A stretch of DNA of 38,063 nucleotides from Thiomicrorhabdus sp. (GCA_015488565.1 WFNQ01000007.1:1-38063), one strand, 5' to 3'. Shown: positions 9,420-19,111, numbered from the stretch's first letter. Made by a program: numbers and translations. Notes: generated from the letters alone by a model not told the origin.

Positions 9420-10109
9420 TTAACAGCTTTTTCCAGCCTGTAAATCTGGTCGACGCTGTTGCGTACGAGTCTGTTTTTGCGCTTGTCTCCAAGACGCAAT
9501 TTTGCCATGATTACCGCTTAATAATACATCAGGAACACACATGCCATCCACAACCTCTGGACGAGTATAGTGTGGACAATCCAGCAAACCATCCGTAAAG
9601 GAATCTTGCTCTGCGGACTGAGCATGCCCTAACGCACCAGGAATCAGGCGAATCACAGCATCCATTAACATCATCGCAGGGAGCTCTCCCCCACTAACGA
9701 CAAAATCACCGATGCTAATCTCCTCATCTACCAATGAGTCAATGAAGCGCTCATCAACCCCTTCGTAGCGGCCACAAAGCAAAGTAAGATGACGATACTG
9801 GCTCAGTTTCGTCACTTTTTGCTGTGTTAAAGGCGCACCTTGTGGGGATAAATAAACCACATAAGGCTTTTCTTTTGTCGCCGCTTCAATCGCAGAAAGC
9901 GTGTCTTTTAACGGTTGATACATCATAACCATTCCTGGCCCGCCCCCATAAGGGCGATCATCCACCGTTTTATGCTTATCTTTTGTAAAATCGCGTGGAT
10001 TCCAAGTGGTTAAATCATACAATTTATTTTGGTGTGCACGCCGACTCACACCCGACTCCGTTAATGCGGTAAACATCTCTGGAAACAAGGTTATGACGTC
10101 AAACGTCAC
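9420..10109 (-). CDS. trmD: tRNA (guanine37-N1)-methyltransferase
   Basis: [30 protein letters not shown] and [11 protein letters not shown] motifs. Confidence 0.97.
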   Translation of the reverse strand: MTFDVITLFPEMFTALTESGVSRRAHQNKLYDLTTWNPRDFTKDKHKTVDDRPYGGGPGMVMMYQPLKDTLSAIEAATKEKPYVVYLSPQGAPLTQQKVTKLSQYRHLTLLCGRYEGVDERFIDSLVDEEISIGDFVVSGGELPAMMLMDAVIRLIPGALGHAQSAEQDSFTDGLLDCPHYTRPEVVDGMCVPDVLLSGNHGKIASWRQAQKQTRTQQRRPDLQAGKSC

Positions 10110-10620
10110 TGTCGTCTTCCAACGCCCAATCCACTACAATTTTCTTTGCATTGATATCAACCGAAAGAATAAATTGTTCCATAACAAACGGAATCAACAC
10201 TTCTGATTCTCCTTGCACGCGCAATACATCATGCGCACCCGTGACAATCATCTCTTTTACATCGCCTAAAATCACGCCTTCTTGCGTCATTACTTGGCAA
10301 CCGATTAAATCAATCCAAAACCAACCGTCTTCCGTGTTGTTAACCAACTGAGAACGGTCAATGGCAATTTCACAGCCCATGTATTCACGAGCCACATCCC
10401 GATCGTTTACATTTTCAAGTTGCGCCACCAGTGTCTTACCACCCGACTGAACTTTACTGTTCACGACCTTAATATGCTGCCACTCCCCTTTAAACTTAAT
10501 CATCCAAGGCGAGTAATCTAAAATATTTTTTCTAGGGTCGGTATGGGAGAAAATCTTTACCCAACCATTGACCCCAAAGATACCGTTAATTTGACCCACA
10601 ATCAGCTTGTCATCCGACAT
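10099..10620 (-). CDS. rimM: Ribosome maturation factor RimM
   Basis: [19 protein letters not shown] and GAHDVL motifs; between rpsP and trmD. Confidence 0.95.
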   Translation of the reverse strand: MSDDKLIVGQINGIFGVNGWVKIFSHTDPRKNILDYSPWMIKFKGEWQHIKVVNSKVQSGGKTLVAQLENVNDRDVAREYMGCEIAIDRSQLVNNTEDGWFWIDLIGCQVMTQEGVILGDVKEMIVTGAHDVLRVQGESEVLIPFVMEQFILSVDINAKKIVVDWALEDDSDV

Positions 10621-10643
10621 GATTTGATCCTTTTTAACGGAAA

Positions 10644-10892
10644 TTAAGCCTGTGCTTGAGATTGCTTAACGACGTTTTTAACTCTTGTGCTCATTTGTGC
10701 CCCTTGAGCAACCCAATAATCAACACGCGCCTGATCAACTCGGACTTTCTCTTCTGCACCTGCGGCAACCGGGTTATAAAAACCAACCTGCTCAATAAAA
10801 CGACCTGTTGAACTATAACGTTGATCTGCAACCACTAATTTATAAAAAGGACGCTTTTTAGATCCACCACGTGCTAAACGAATAACTACCAT
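10644..10892 (-). CDS. rpsP: 30S ribosomal protein S16
   Basis: [17 protein letters not shown]...[12 protein letters not shown]; start 10892 is preceded by AAGGA. Confidence 0.97.
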   Translation of the reverse strand: MVVIRLARGGSKKRPFYKLVVADQRYSSTGRFIEQVGFYNPVAAGAEEKVRVDQARVDYWVAQGAQMSTRVKNVVKQSQAQA

Positions 10893-10980
10893 ATTATTTT
10901 CCTTATTTTGATCAGGCGATGAGAGGAACTCCCCCCAACTAATTCTTATGCTCTCCGCCAACCATTTGGCGAAAAGCGGG

Positions 10981-11009
10981 ATTATACAAGAAAGTACTTC
11001 TTATATCAA
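10981..11009 (-). promoter_or_regulatory. Sigma70 promoter of the rpsP-rimM-trmD-rplS operon
   Basis: Minus strand TTGATA-N17-TATAAT followed by the GC-rich discriminator CCCGC, typical of stringently controlled promoters. Confidence 0.8.
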
Positions 11010-11013
11010 CACC

Positions 11014-12390
11014 CTATCGCATTCCTGGCGGCATCCCACCCATCCCGGGCGGAAGCTTACCAGCTAAGCCACGCATCATGTTTTTCATCCCTCCCTTCGA
11101 TACTTTTTTCATCATCTTCTGCATTTGAGTAAACTGCTTTAATAAGCGGTTTACATCTTGCACGGAAGTACCAGAACCGGTTGCAATTCGACGTTTACGC
11201 GACCCTTTAATTACGGCGGGAAACATCCGCTCTTTACGAGTCATGGACTGAATAATCGCCTCTAAGCGACGAAACTCTTTTTCGGCCACATCACCACTCA
11301 CTTGATCTTTGATTTTACTCATTCCAGGCATCTTGCCCATTAAGCCGCCCACGCCACCCATGTTCTTAATTTGTTGTAGCTGCTCTAAAAAATCCTCTAA
11401 ATCAAATGCACCTGATTTCTGGATTTTTGCAGCAAATTTAGCGGCCTTCTTTTGATCAATTTTGGATTCGGCACTTTCAATTAAGCTAAGTACATCGCCC
11501 ATTCCAAGAATACGACCCGCCATGCGGTCGGGATGAAAAGGTTCTAATGCATCGACCTTTTCGCCCGCCCCAATAAACTTAATGGGTTTACCCGTGATTT
11601 CACGAATAGACAGCGCCGCACCACCACGAGCATCCCCGTCCGTTTTGGTTAAGATTACCCCTGTTAGTGGCAACGCTTCATTAAAGGCTTTGGCGGTATT
11701 GGCCGCATCTTGCCCCGTCATGGAATCAACAACAAATAAAGTTTCGCATGGATTAATTCCCTGATGCAATTGTTTAATCTCTTGCATCATCTCATCGTCT
11801 ACATGTAAACGACCCGCCGTATCCAATATTAAAACATCAGCAAACTGTTTTTTTGCTTCGGCATGGGCGTTACGTGCAATATCAATAGGATTTTGTTCGG
11901 CTGACGACGGGTAAAACAGCACATCTATTTGATTTGATAGCGTTTCTAACTGCTTAATCGCGGCAGGGCGGTAAACATCCGCTGACACCACCATTACTTT
12001 TTTCTTATCACGCTCTTTAAGTAGTTTGGCTAACTTAGCGACGGAGGTGGTTTTACCTGCCCCTTGCAAACCAGCAACCATAATCACCGCAGGTGGCTCC
12101 ACATTAAAGTTAAGCGGTTCGGCTTCGGCTCCCATTACTTCGGCCAATTGCTCTCGTACAATTTTAATAAACGCCTGCCCTGGATTTAGGCTGGTTGACA
12201 CTTCTTGCCCAATCGCACGGGTTTGCACTTTTGCTATAAAACTTTTAACCACCGGCAAAGCAACATCAGCCTCTAACAAGGCTCTACGTACGTCCCTCAG
12301 GGCATCTTTAATATTGGATTCGGTTAAACGACCTTGCCCTTTTAGGGTCTTAAAGGTCTTGGCTAAACGATCCGATAAATTATCAAACAT
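11014..12390 (-). CDS. ffh: Signal recognition particle protein Ffh
   Basis: GLQGAGKTT, DTAGR and TKTDGDARGG motifs; Met-rich M domain. Confidence 0.98.
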   Translation of the reverse strand: MFDNLSDRLAKTFKTLKGQGRLTESNIKDALRDVRRALLEADVALPVVKSFIAKVQTRAIGQEVSTSLNPGQAFIKIVREQLAEVMGAEAEPLNFNVEPPAVIMVAGLQGAGKTTSVAKLAKLLKERDKKKVMVVSADVYRPAAIKQLETLSNQIDVLFYPSSAEQNPIDIARNAHAEAKKQFADVLILDTAGRLHVDDEMMQEIKQLHQGINPCETLFVVDSMTGQDAANTAKAFNEALPLTGVILTKTDGDARGGAALSIREITGKPIKFIGAGEKVDALEPFHPDRMAGRILGMGDVLSLIESAESKIDQKKAAKFAAKIQKSGAFDLEDFLEQLQQIKNMGGVGGLMGKMPGMSKIKDQVSGDVAEKEFRRLEAIIQSMTRKERMFPAVIKGSRKRRIATGSGTSVQDVNRLLKQFTQMQKMMKKVSKGGMKNMMRGLAGKLPPGMGGMPPGMR

Positions 12391-12558
12391 TACGACTCTC
12401 CTAAAAAAGGGCTTTCGTCAGCGTGCTTATACCCAAACCACGGCATTTTTAAGTGATTTTGATATACGCTTTTCAACGACAGTAACCTTCAATTCAAAAA
12501 ATAATTAGGGTATTATAGCTGAAATGCGTCATACAATAACTTTAAGGATTTGGTTTTT

Positions 12559-13350
12559 ATGTTCATCAGTGGATTGAGTGCTTTATTAGCCTGTCTCTTA
12601 TATTTATTGGCCAGCCGTCTTATTTGGCAAAAAATACAGGGAAGTACCGATACCAACATTCGCCCAAAAGTCATTAAGCTGGCTTTAATCGCAACACTGG
12701 TTCACGCCTTTGCGCTCAGTACCACTTTATGGGGTGACCAAGCCATTCACTTTAATATGGGCAATGGCTTATCCTTGGTTGCACTCCTCGGCAGTGCTAT
12801 TTTGCTGGTCACCTGCATTAACAAAAACACCGAAATACTGGGGATTTTTGTCTACCCATTGGCTGCATTCACCGTCTTGTTACCTCTATTTATGAATAAC
12901 TTTACCCCCCTCCCTTTTACTCTAGGTATTCATGTACTTATCTCCATTGCTGCTTACAGCATTATGGGCATTGCAACCGCACAAGCGATTTTATACGGCA
13001 GACAAGAGTGCCTCTTTCGCAAAAAGAAACTCTCACGCCTAATGAAAGCCCTGCCTCCATTACAAGTTATGGAGACCACATTAATACAGCTCGTTATTAT
13101 TGGCTTTATCTTTTTGAGTTTTGCCCTACTCAGTGGTGCCTTTTTTATCGAAGACCTCTTTGCACAACATTTAATTCACAAAACCTTTCTTGCCATCCTC
13201 TCTTGGGTCGTATACGGCGCCTTTTTATTTGGTCACTTTAAATATGGATGGCGTGGTCGCAAGGCCGCTCGATACACGATTTGGGCGTATTTTTTACTGA
13301 TACTTAGCTTTGTTGGTACCAGTATTATTTTATCGAGCTTAGGGTATTAA
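12559..13350 (+). CDS. ypjD: Cytochrome c assembly family inner-membrane protein (YpjD/CcsA-like)
   Basis: Multi-TM protein with LPPLQVME, HKT and GWRGRKA motifs; divergent from ffh; ATG 12559 fits the AAGGA RBS better than TTG 12550. Confidence 0.85.
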   Translation: MFISGLSALLACLLYLLASRLIWQKIQGSTDTNIRPKVIKLALIATLVHAFALSTTLWGDQAIHFNMGNGLSLVALLGSAILLVTCINKNTEILGIFVYPLAAFTVLLPLFMNNFTPLPFTLGIHVLISIAAYSIMGIATAQAILYGRQECLFRKKKLSRLMKALPPLQVMETTLIQLVIIGFIFLSFALLSGAFFIEDLFAQHLIHKTFLAILSWVVYGAFLFGHFKYGWRGRKAARYTIWAYFLLILSFVGTSIILSSLGY

Positions 13351-13456
13351 GGACAATACCAAGCAATTTCGCCTCTCAGGTACGTTCAAAAAGCTGCATA
13401 ATTAAATGGTTTAAGTATATAATTATCGGTTCATTCACAACCGAAAAAAGACTACT

Positions 13457-14755
13457 TTGAACTCGCTCGATGTATCCATCTTATTTGGAATTTTAGTCCT
13501 TCTTATTATTCTTTCCGCTCTGTTTTCCAGCTCAGAAACCAGCATGATGGCACTAAATCGCTATCGCTTAAAACATCAAGCCAAATCTGGACACAAGGGG
13601 GCGATTAAGGCGCAAAAATTGCTCGAAAAACCGGACCGTTTACTCGGGGTTATTTTACTGGGCAACAATTTCGTTAATATTTTTGCCTCTTCCATCGCCA
13701 CCATTATTGCGATGAAGCTTATTGGCGAAGCTGGCATTGCGTTGGCAGCTGGATTATTGACCTTAGTCATTTTAGTGTTTGCTGAGGTTGCGCCTAAAAC
13801 GCTCGCGGCACTCTACCCTGAAAAAATAGCTTACCCTGCCGCATTTGTATTAACCCCACTGCTGAAAATTTTCTCCCCCATTGTTTGGTTGGTTAACTTT
13901 TTTGCCAATGGCTTATTACGTTTGCTTGGCATTAACACCAAACACAGTGACGATCAGCACTCGTTATCACACGAAGAGTTACAGACACTGATTGATGAAG
14001 CAACAAATCAACTGCCTAAACATTATCGAGATATGCTTTCCAGTGTGCTAAAGCTGGAGACCGTAACCGTAGAAGATGTCATGATCCCTAAGCAAGATAT
14101 TTATGCGGTGGATGTCACACAGCCAATTGAAGAAATTCTCAAAGCCATTGAAAAATCGCCTTATACCCGCGTGCCACTGTATCGTGGCTCTCTAGATGAA
14201 GACCTTGTTGGCGTCTTAAATTTACGTCGCGCACTTCCCTTGCTCATGCATAAGGACGCTTCTCTTAAAGACATCATTAAAATTACTCGACCTGCTTATT
14301 TTGTACCCGAAACGACCTCATTAAGCGTTCAACTGGGTAAGTTTAATGAAAATAAACGCCGCATGGCCTGTATTGTCGATGAATATGGTGACCTACAAGG
14401 CTTATTAACGATGGAAGACTTACTGGAGGAGATTGTCGGCAAACTCTCTACCGACTCCAAGGCCAAACCTGAAACCGATAGTGTTGCGTTTCATGATGAT
14501 GGGAGCATGACCATTAATGCTTTAGAGTTTATTCGTGACCTCAATAAAGAGTACAACTTAAACTTACCAACAGATGGTCCAAAAACCTTAAATGGCTTAA
14601 TTCAAGAAGAGCTTGAAACCCTACCTTCTCTGGGTACTTGCATCAAAATAGGGGACTATATTTTAGAAGTGGTTAAAACCTCCAATAATGCAGTTCAATC
14701 GGTCAAGCTCACCGTAAAAAATAGACAACAGAAGAAGACTCAAGAGCATGCCTAA
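13457..14755 (+). CDS. CNNM/HlyC-CorC family transporter (DUF21-CBS-CorC, YfjD-like)
   Basis: FSSSETSMM, ILLGNNFVNI, FAEVAPK and VDEYGDLQGLLTMEDLLEEIVG motifs. Confidence 0.92.
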   Translation: MNSLDVSILFGILVLLIILSALFSSSETSMMALNRYRLKHQAKSGHKGAIKAQKLLEKPDRLLGVILLGNNFVNIFASSIATIIAMKLIGEAGIALAAGLLTLVILVFAEVAPKTLAALYPEKIAYPAAFVLTPLLKIFSPIVWLVNFFANGLLRLLGINTKHSDDQHSLSHEELQTLIDEATNQLPKHYRDMLSSVLKLETVTVEDVMIPKQDIYAVDVTQPIEEILKAIEKSPYTRVPLYRGSLDEDLVGVLNLRRALPLLMHKDASLKDIIKITRPAYFVPETTSLSVQLGKFNENKRRMACIVDEYGDLQGLLTMEDLLEEIVGKLSTDSKAKPETDSVAFHDDGSMTINALEFIRDLNKEYNLNLPTDGPKTLNGLIQEELETLPSLGTCIKIGDYILEVVKTSNNAVQSVKLTVKNRQQKKTQEHA

Positions 14756-15554
14756 GCACCCATTTATACAAGAAGCCAGCTGGCAACAACTTAAAAACGG
14801 CATCGTACAACTCGCCAAAACCGAAGTGCTGTCTCGGTTTGAAAAAGTCTCCGTTGAAACCAAACAAGACGGCTCTCTGTTAACGGAAGCCGACACCCAA
14901 ATGCAATTAAAAACCCAAGCCTTTTTAGAAAAAAACTGGCCTGAGTTTGCATTCTTAGGCGAAGAGTCCACCACCAAATCTCAAGAAAACGCCATGAACA
15001 GTCAAACAGGCTGCTGGATTCTAGACCCCGTAGACGGTACCAGTAACTTTGCGATTGGAATCCCCGTTTATACAGTTTCATTGGCTCTCATGGTACAAGG
15101 GCACATTGTCGCAGGCCTCGTTTACGATCCCTCACGAGGTGAACTGTTTGCTGCAAGACAAGGTCAAGGCGCAGAGCTAAATCACCAACCCCTAGTGGCT
15201 CAAACCGCCAAAACGGCTTTAAGCCAATGCAGTAGCATTGTCGACTTTAAACGCCTTAAAACAGACTTATCCATTCGACTGGTCACGCAGGCACCTTACG
15301 CCTCACAACGCAGCTTTGGTTCTGTGGCATTAGACTGGTGCTGGATCGCCGCTGGTCGCGGTCAAGTTTATCTACACGGCTCACAAAACATCTGGGATTA
15401 CGCCGCTGGCTGGCTGATTTTAGAAGAAGCAGGCGGGCAAAGCCAAACCTTAGACCAACAAACCGTACTGCTGGCTAAGGTCGAAAAACGTTCAGCCATC
15501 GCCGCCACGACCCCAAAACTCTTTAAAGAGTGGAACAATTTCTTACAAAACTAA
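14748..15554 (+). CDS. Inositol monophosphatase family protein
   Basis: TEAD, LGEE, WILDPVDGTSNF and WDYAAG motifs. Confidence 0.9.
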   Translation: MPKHPFIQEASWQQLKNGIVQLAKTEVLSRFEKVSVETKQDGSLLTEADTQMQLKTQAFLEKNWPEFAFLGEESTTKSQENAMNSQTGCWILDPVDGTSNFAIGIPVYTVSLALMVQGHIVAGLVYDPSRGELFAARQGQGAELNHQPLVAQTAKTALSQCSSIVDFKRLKTDLSIRLVTQAPYASQRSFGSVALDWCWIAAGRGQVYLHGSQNIWDYAAGWLILEEAGGQSQTLDQQTVLLAKVEKRSAIAATTPKLFKEWNNFLQN

Positions 15555-15728
15555 AACTTTCTGCTCCAGAGCACCCTCTCTTGAGCAGGCTCAATTCACC
15601 TTGCTCTCCCCTTCCTCTATCTTCTTTTTTATCGTCATTTTATGTAAGAAATATGATTAAAATCAGGTCTTCATAACGACAATGCAATAAAAAACACCAA
15701 AAATACTATTTTTCTTTCCTGCCTATCC

Positions 15729-15776
15729 AGGAGCCTGTCCGAGAGAAAGTCATTTTTTATTCTCGGACGAGCTCCT
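15729..15776. repeat. Internally deleted remnant of the MITE at 34270-34436
   Basis: AGGAGCCTGTCCGAGA (15729-15744, identical to 34272-34287), 16-nt spacer, TCTCGGACGAGCTCCT (15761-15776, 14/16 inverted match). Confidence 0.8.
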
Positions 15777-15796
15777 CCTAGCTAAAAAGGTTCACT

Positions 15797-16411
15797 ATGA
15801 CCGCCCTACTAATTAAACTTCAACACATCATGGACACCGTCCAGCGCCCCCTCTCTTTTCTTGCTCCACTGGCATTACGCCTGTACTTAGTACCGGTTTT
15901 TTGGGTAGCAGGCATGAATAAAGTCAATTCATTTGACGATATTGTTGCCTGGTTTGGCAATGAACAATGGGGATTAGGCCTTCCCTTTCCAGAGCTATTG
16001 GCTTTTTTAGCCACCTCAGCGGAAGTAGGCGGTGCCATTTTACTGCTATTTGGTTTTGCCACACGCTGGGCAACCATTCCACTGATGATTACCATGTTGG
16101 TCGCCATGGCCAGTGTGCACTGGCATAATGGCTGGCAAGCGGTACATGACTTAATGTCCCCTTGGGCAGCTGAAAACAGCGTTGAAGCACTTGAACGACT
16201 CGATAAAGCCAAAGATATTCTACAAACCCATGGAAATTACGATTGGCTTACCGAACACGGCAGTTTGATTATGAGTAACAACGGTATCGAATGGGCCGCC
16301 ACTTACTTCATTATGCTATTTGCTCTGTTTGTAATAGGGGGGGGAAAATTTATCAGTGTGGATTATTGGATTCGTAAACGCTATATGCCTGAATCCGTAG
16401 ATAGAGAATAA
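15797..16411 (+). CDS. DoxX-family membrane protein (long, HvfX-like form)
   Basis: LALRLYLVPVFWVAGMNK, GLGLPFP, EVGGAILLLFGFATR, VHWHNGW and NNGIEWAATY motifs. Confidence 0.85.
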   Translation: MTALLIKLQHIMDTVQRPLSFLAPLALRLYLVPVFWVAGMNKVNSFDDIVAWFGNEQWGLGLPFPELLAFLATSAEVGGAILLLFGFATRWATIPLMITMLVAMASVHWHNGWQAVHDLMSPWAAENSVEALERLDKAKDILQTHGNYDWLTEHGSLIMSNNGIEWAATYFIMLFALFVIGGGKFISVDYWIRKRYMPESVDRE

Positions 16412-16422
16412 TTACCATAAAA

Positions 16423-16459
16423 AAAAACGCCTGTTTAGATGGAGTAAACAGGCGTTTTT
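16423..16459. terminator. Bidirectional terminator between convergent doxX and fadL
   Basis: AAAAACGCCTGTTTA-N7-TAAACAGGCGTTTTT. Confidence 0.9.
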
Positions 16460-16463
16460 AAAA

Positions 16464-17729
16464 TCAATATTTCCAAACGATTTGTGCACTAAAAATATCG
16501 ACTGCATTGCTATAAGAACCCACTAAATACTGAGCGTCATTGGTGGTGTAATTCACATCTTCTTTCTCTTCAGACAAATGACTGTAAGCCACATCTAAAT
16601 TTAACGCCTCATTTAGTTTATACCCTAAACCAACAGAGAACCATTTACGATCAACATCTGGTGTTCTAGGGCTACGGTTTTCTGGATTGGATACGGGCGT
16701 TTGATCAAACGCCACACCCGCTCTGAGTTTAATCGTATCATTTAACTGGTAAATGCCACCTAATGATAAACGCCAACTGTCTTTAAAATCTTGGCGTGTA
16801 TTGCTGTCAGCTTGTGTCGAATCAAAGTTAATCACTAACTCTTTATAGCTACTCCATTGCGTCCAAGTCGCATCGGCTAAAATTTGCAGTTTATCGCTCA
16901 CCCCTTGGTTCACACTAAATGAAAGGCTAGCAGGCAAATTAACCGTTGCTTTTGCATCGGCATCCACGAGCGACGTTAAAGCACCAGCGTTGGTCACATT
17001 AGTGTAATCCACCTTACCTTTTGCAAAGTGCGTAATGGAAGAGCGGTACGCCAAGCCTAAATCCGTGGATGGCGTTGGTTGGTAAAACAAACCAACGTTA
17101 TAACCATATGCCCAGCTATCGGCGGTTATTTCAGCCTCTCCATCTCCTGCTCCTGGGTTTCCTGCAAGCGTATTATCTACTTTACTAGAAAGAATCAAAT
17201 CAACATACTGAGCATTCAATCCAAAACCCAATGACACTTTATCATTGATTTTTTTCGCTATCGATGGATTGATATTTACCGTTTTTAAATTGGTCTCAAT
17301 GGCATGATAACGCCCGACCCAATTATCTTCATATTTAATTTTTTGACCAAAAGGAACATTAATACCCAGTCCTAAATCATAGCCTGAATACTTCCCTTTC
17401 CAATAAAGGTTAGGAACAAACCCGTTCGTTGCGCCATTATCATCATTGCCTGAAATCGATCCTGAATAGGTCGTATAAGATCCATCATTACTAAATTCCG
17501 ATTTTGGCACAATCAAATGCCCCGCTAAAATCGCTTGATTCCCCTCAATTTCAGTCATCCCAGCGGGATTAAACCACATAACACTTGCATCTTCCGCATT
17601 GGCCGCAGCACCTGCATAAGATAAACCTTGGCCACTGGCACTCTGTTCAATTAAAGCAAATCCTGCGGCATAAACAGAAGGGGTGGCCAAAGCAACCAAT
17701 ATAGCTGCGGTTAACTTACGATAGTGCAT
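16464..17729 (-). CDS. fadL: FadL/OmpP1-family outer-membrane transporter
   Basis: Signal peptide, then AGFALIEQSASGQG.SYAG, NPA motif, RTPD and an aromatic C-terminus (VWKY); ATG 17729 with a GGAG RBS. Confidence 0.85.
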   Translation of the reverse strand: MHYRKLTAAILVALATPSVYAAGFALIEQSASGQGLSYAGAAANAEDASVMWFNPAGMTEIEGNQAILAGHLIVPKSEFSNDGSYTTYSGSISGNDDNGATNGFVPNLYWKGKYSGYDLGLGINVPFGQKIKYEDNWVGRYHAIETNLKTVNINPSIAKKINDKVSLGFGLNAQYVDLILSSKVDNTLAGNPGAGDGEAEITADSWAYGYNVGLFYQPTPSTDLGLAYRSSITHFAKGKVDYTNVTNAGALTSLVDADAKATVNLPASLSFSVNQGVSDKLQILADATWTQWSSYKELVINFDSTQADSNTRQDFKDSWRLSLGGIYQLNDTIKLRAGVAFDQTPVSNPENRSPRTPDVDRKWFSVGLGYKLNEALNLDVAYSHLSEEKEDVNYTTNDAQYLVGSYSNAVDIFSAQIVWKY

Positions 17730-17901
17730 AAAAACTCCAATCCATGGTAAAAAATAATTAAAAAGTAAATTAGCCGAGGATTTTAACATGAGTCCTAAAT
17801 ATTTACATCTCAGCATCCATTAAACCTTAAATTCAAAGCATAAATAAAATTTAAAATCATCACTAAAAAAGTCCTACTTCCCCGATAAACAGCCCCTAAC
17901 T

Positions 17902-17957
17902 TCGTCATTAAACAGTCACAAATACAACATCAAGCCTTCATATTCTCCAGACATAAT
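17902..17957 (+). promoter_or_regulatory. Pho-box-like array (four 11-bp units) plus -10 element upstream of the porin
   Basis: TCGTCAT-TAAA-CAGTCAC-AAAT-ACAACAT-CAAG-CCTTCAT, then 10 nt, then CATAAT at 17952-17957. Confidence 0.65.
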
Positions 17958-18016
17958 ATTCCTCGTAACATTCAGTTAGCAAAAACATGACATTTTAAAA
18001 TAAAGGAATAACGACA

Positions 18017-19081
18017 GTGAATACAAAATTAATAACTCTCTCTATGGCGACAATGCTTACCATGCCTATTACGGCGAGCGCAATTGAAGTTGCAGGTGAA
18101 AAATTGGTTGTTTATGGCAAGCTACATGTATCTATAGACAACAGCAACCAAGATGACCCCAGTGTCAATAATGATGGAATAAGCGTCTCCAGTAACTCTT
18201 CACGCCTTGGCTTCAAGGGCAAGCTTCCCCTTGAAAATGGTATGAAGGTTATCTGGCAGGCAGAGCAAGAAGTACGCTGGGATGATGGCTCTAAAGGTAA
18301 TTTTGCCAATCGTAACAGCTACATTGGACTCGCCGCTGGCGCACATAGCCTACGGATTGGCGTTTATGACACGCCTTTTAAAACCGTTGCATCCAAATGG
18401 GGCATATTTGGTGACTCCGTTGGTGAACGTCGAGCCCTGCTAGGAGCCAGCTACAGCGACAACAACAAACTTAATACACGCCCTAAAAATGCCATTATGT
18501 ATCAACTTAAAAATGACTCACTTAAGTTTCAAGCTCTTTACTCTGTCGATCCTGAAGATCAAAAAACAGGCTCCATTGATGACAATAACAGAAGCGTATT
18601 AAGCACTGGCTTATGGTGGAAATTAGATAAGCTAACACTGTCTGCCGCTTATTCTGACTGGAAAAAACACAGTAAAATGGGCGACGGCTCTACCCTACGC
18701 CTTGCCACAACATATGGCATTGGAAATCATCAACTGGGTGCTATTTTTGAAGACATCACCCCTGACACAAGCAACCAGTGGGATCGCAGTGCATATGGAG
18801 TCAACTGGAAATGGAAGTTTGCCCCAAAAACCGATTTTCGGGTGCAATATCTTGTTGTCGATGACGCCAAAAATACGGTTAACACGGGAGCAACCAAGCT
18901 TGGCTTAGGGCTTTTCCATAAGCTTGATAAAAAAGCCGAAGTATACATCGCTTATGGTGCAACAGATAACGAAGCGAATGCAAGCTTTCAAGCCGTAGAT
19001 GGGGGGCATGGTGACGAAGTCAAAACCATCAACGGAGGTAATCCAACCGCCATCTCATTAGGAATGGTTTACAAATTTTAA
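18017..19081 (+). CDS. Gram-negative porin
   Basis: Signal peptide; VYGKLHVS, SNSSRLGFKG and RNSYIGL motifs; C-terminal GMVYKF; GTG start with AAGGA RBS. Confidence 0.92.
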   Translation: MNTKLITLSMATMLTMPITASAIEVAGEKLVVYGKLHVSIDNSNQDDPSVNNDGISVSSNSSRLGFKGKLPLENGMKVIWQAEQEVRWDDGSKGNFANRNSYIGLAAGAHSLRIGVYDTPFKTVASKWGIFGDSVGERRALLGASYSDNNKLNTRPKNAIMYQLKNDSLKFQALYSVDPEDQKTGSIDDNNRSVLSTGLWWKLDKLTLSAAYSDWKKHSKMGDGSTLRLATTYGIGNHQLGAIFEDITPDTSNQWDRSAYGVNWKWKFAPKTDFRVQYLVVDDAKNTVNTGATKLGLGLFHKLDKKAEVYIAYGATDNEANASFQAVDGGHGDEVKTINGGNPTAISLGMVYKF

Positions 19082-19111
19082 CGATAATAAACCAGATCAC
19101 CTCTAAAAAAT

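Noticed and set aside
10893-10961. N-terminal extension of S16, and similar ORF-track extensions of apaH, rplS, fadL, nif3 and mlaF
   Set aside because: Downstream ATGs match the family N-termini and mostly have an RBS; the extensions run through UTRs or terminators
11014-11110. Gly/Met/Pro repeats at the Ffh C-terminus
   Set aside because: Normal low-complexity tail of the M domain
12026-12508. 160-aa plus-strand ORF
   Set aside because: Antisense shadow of ffh
15555-15796. Possible small RiPP precursor upstream of doxX
   Set aside because: I saw no credible Cys-rich small ORF with an RBS
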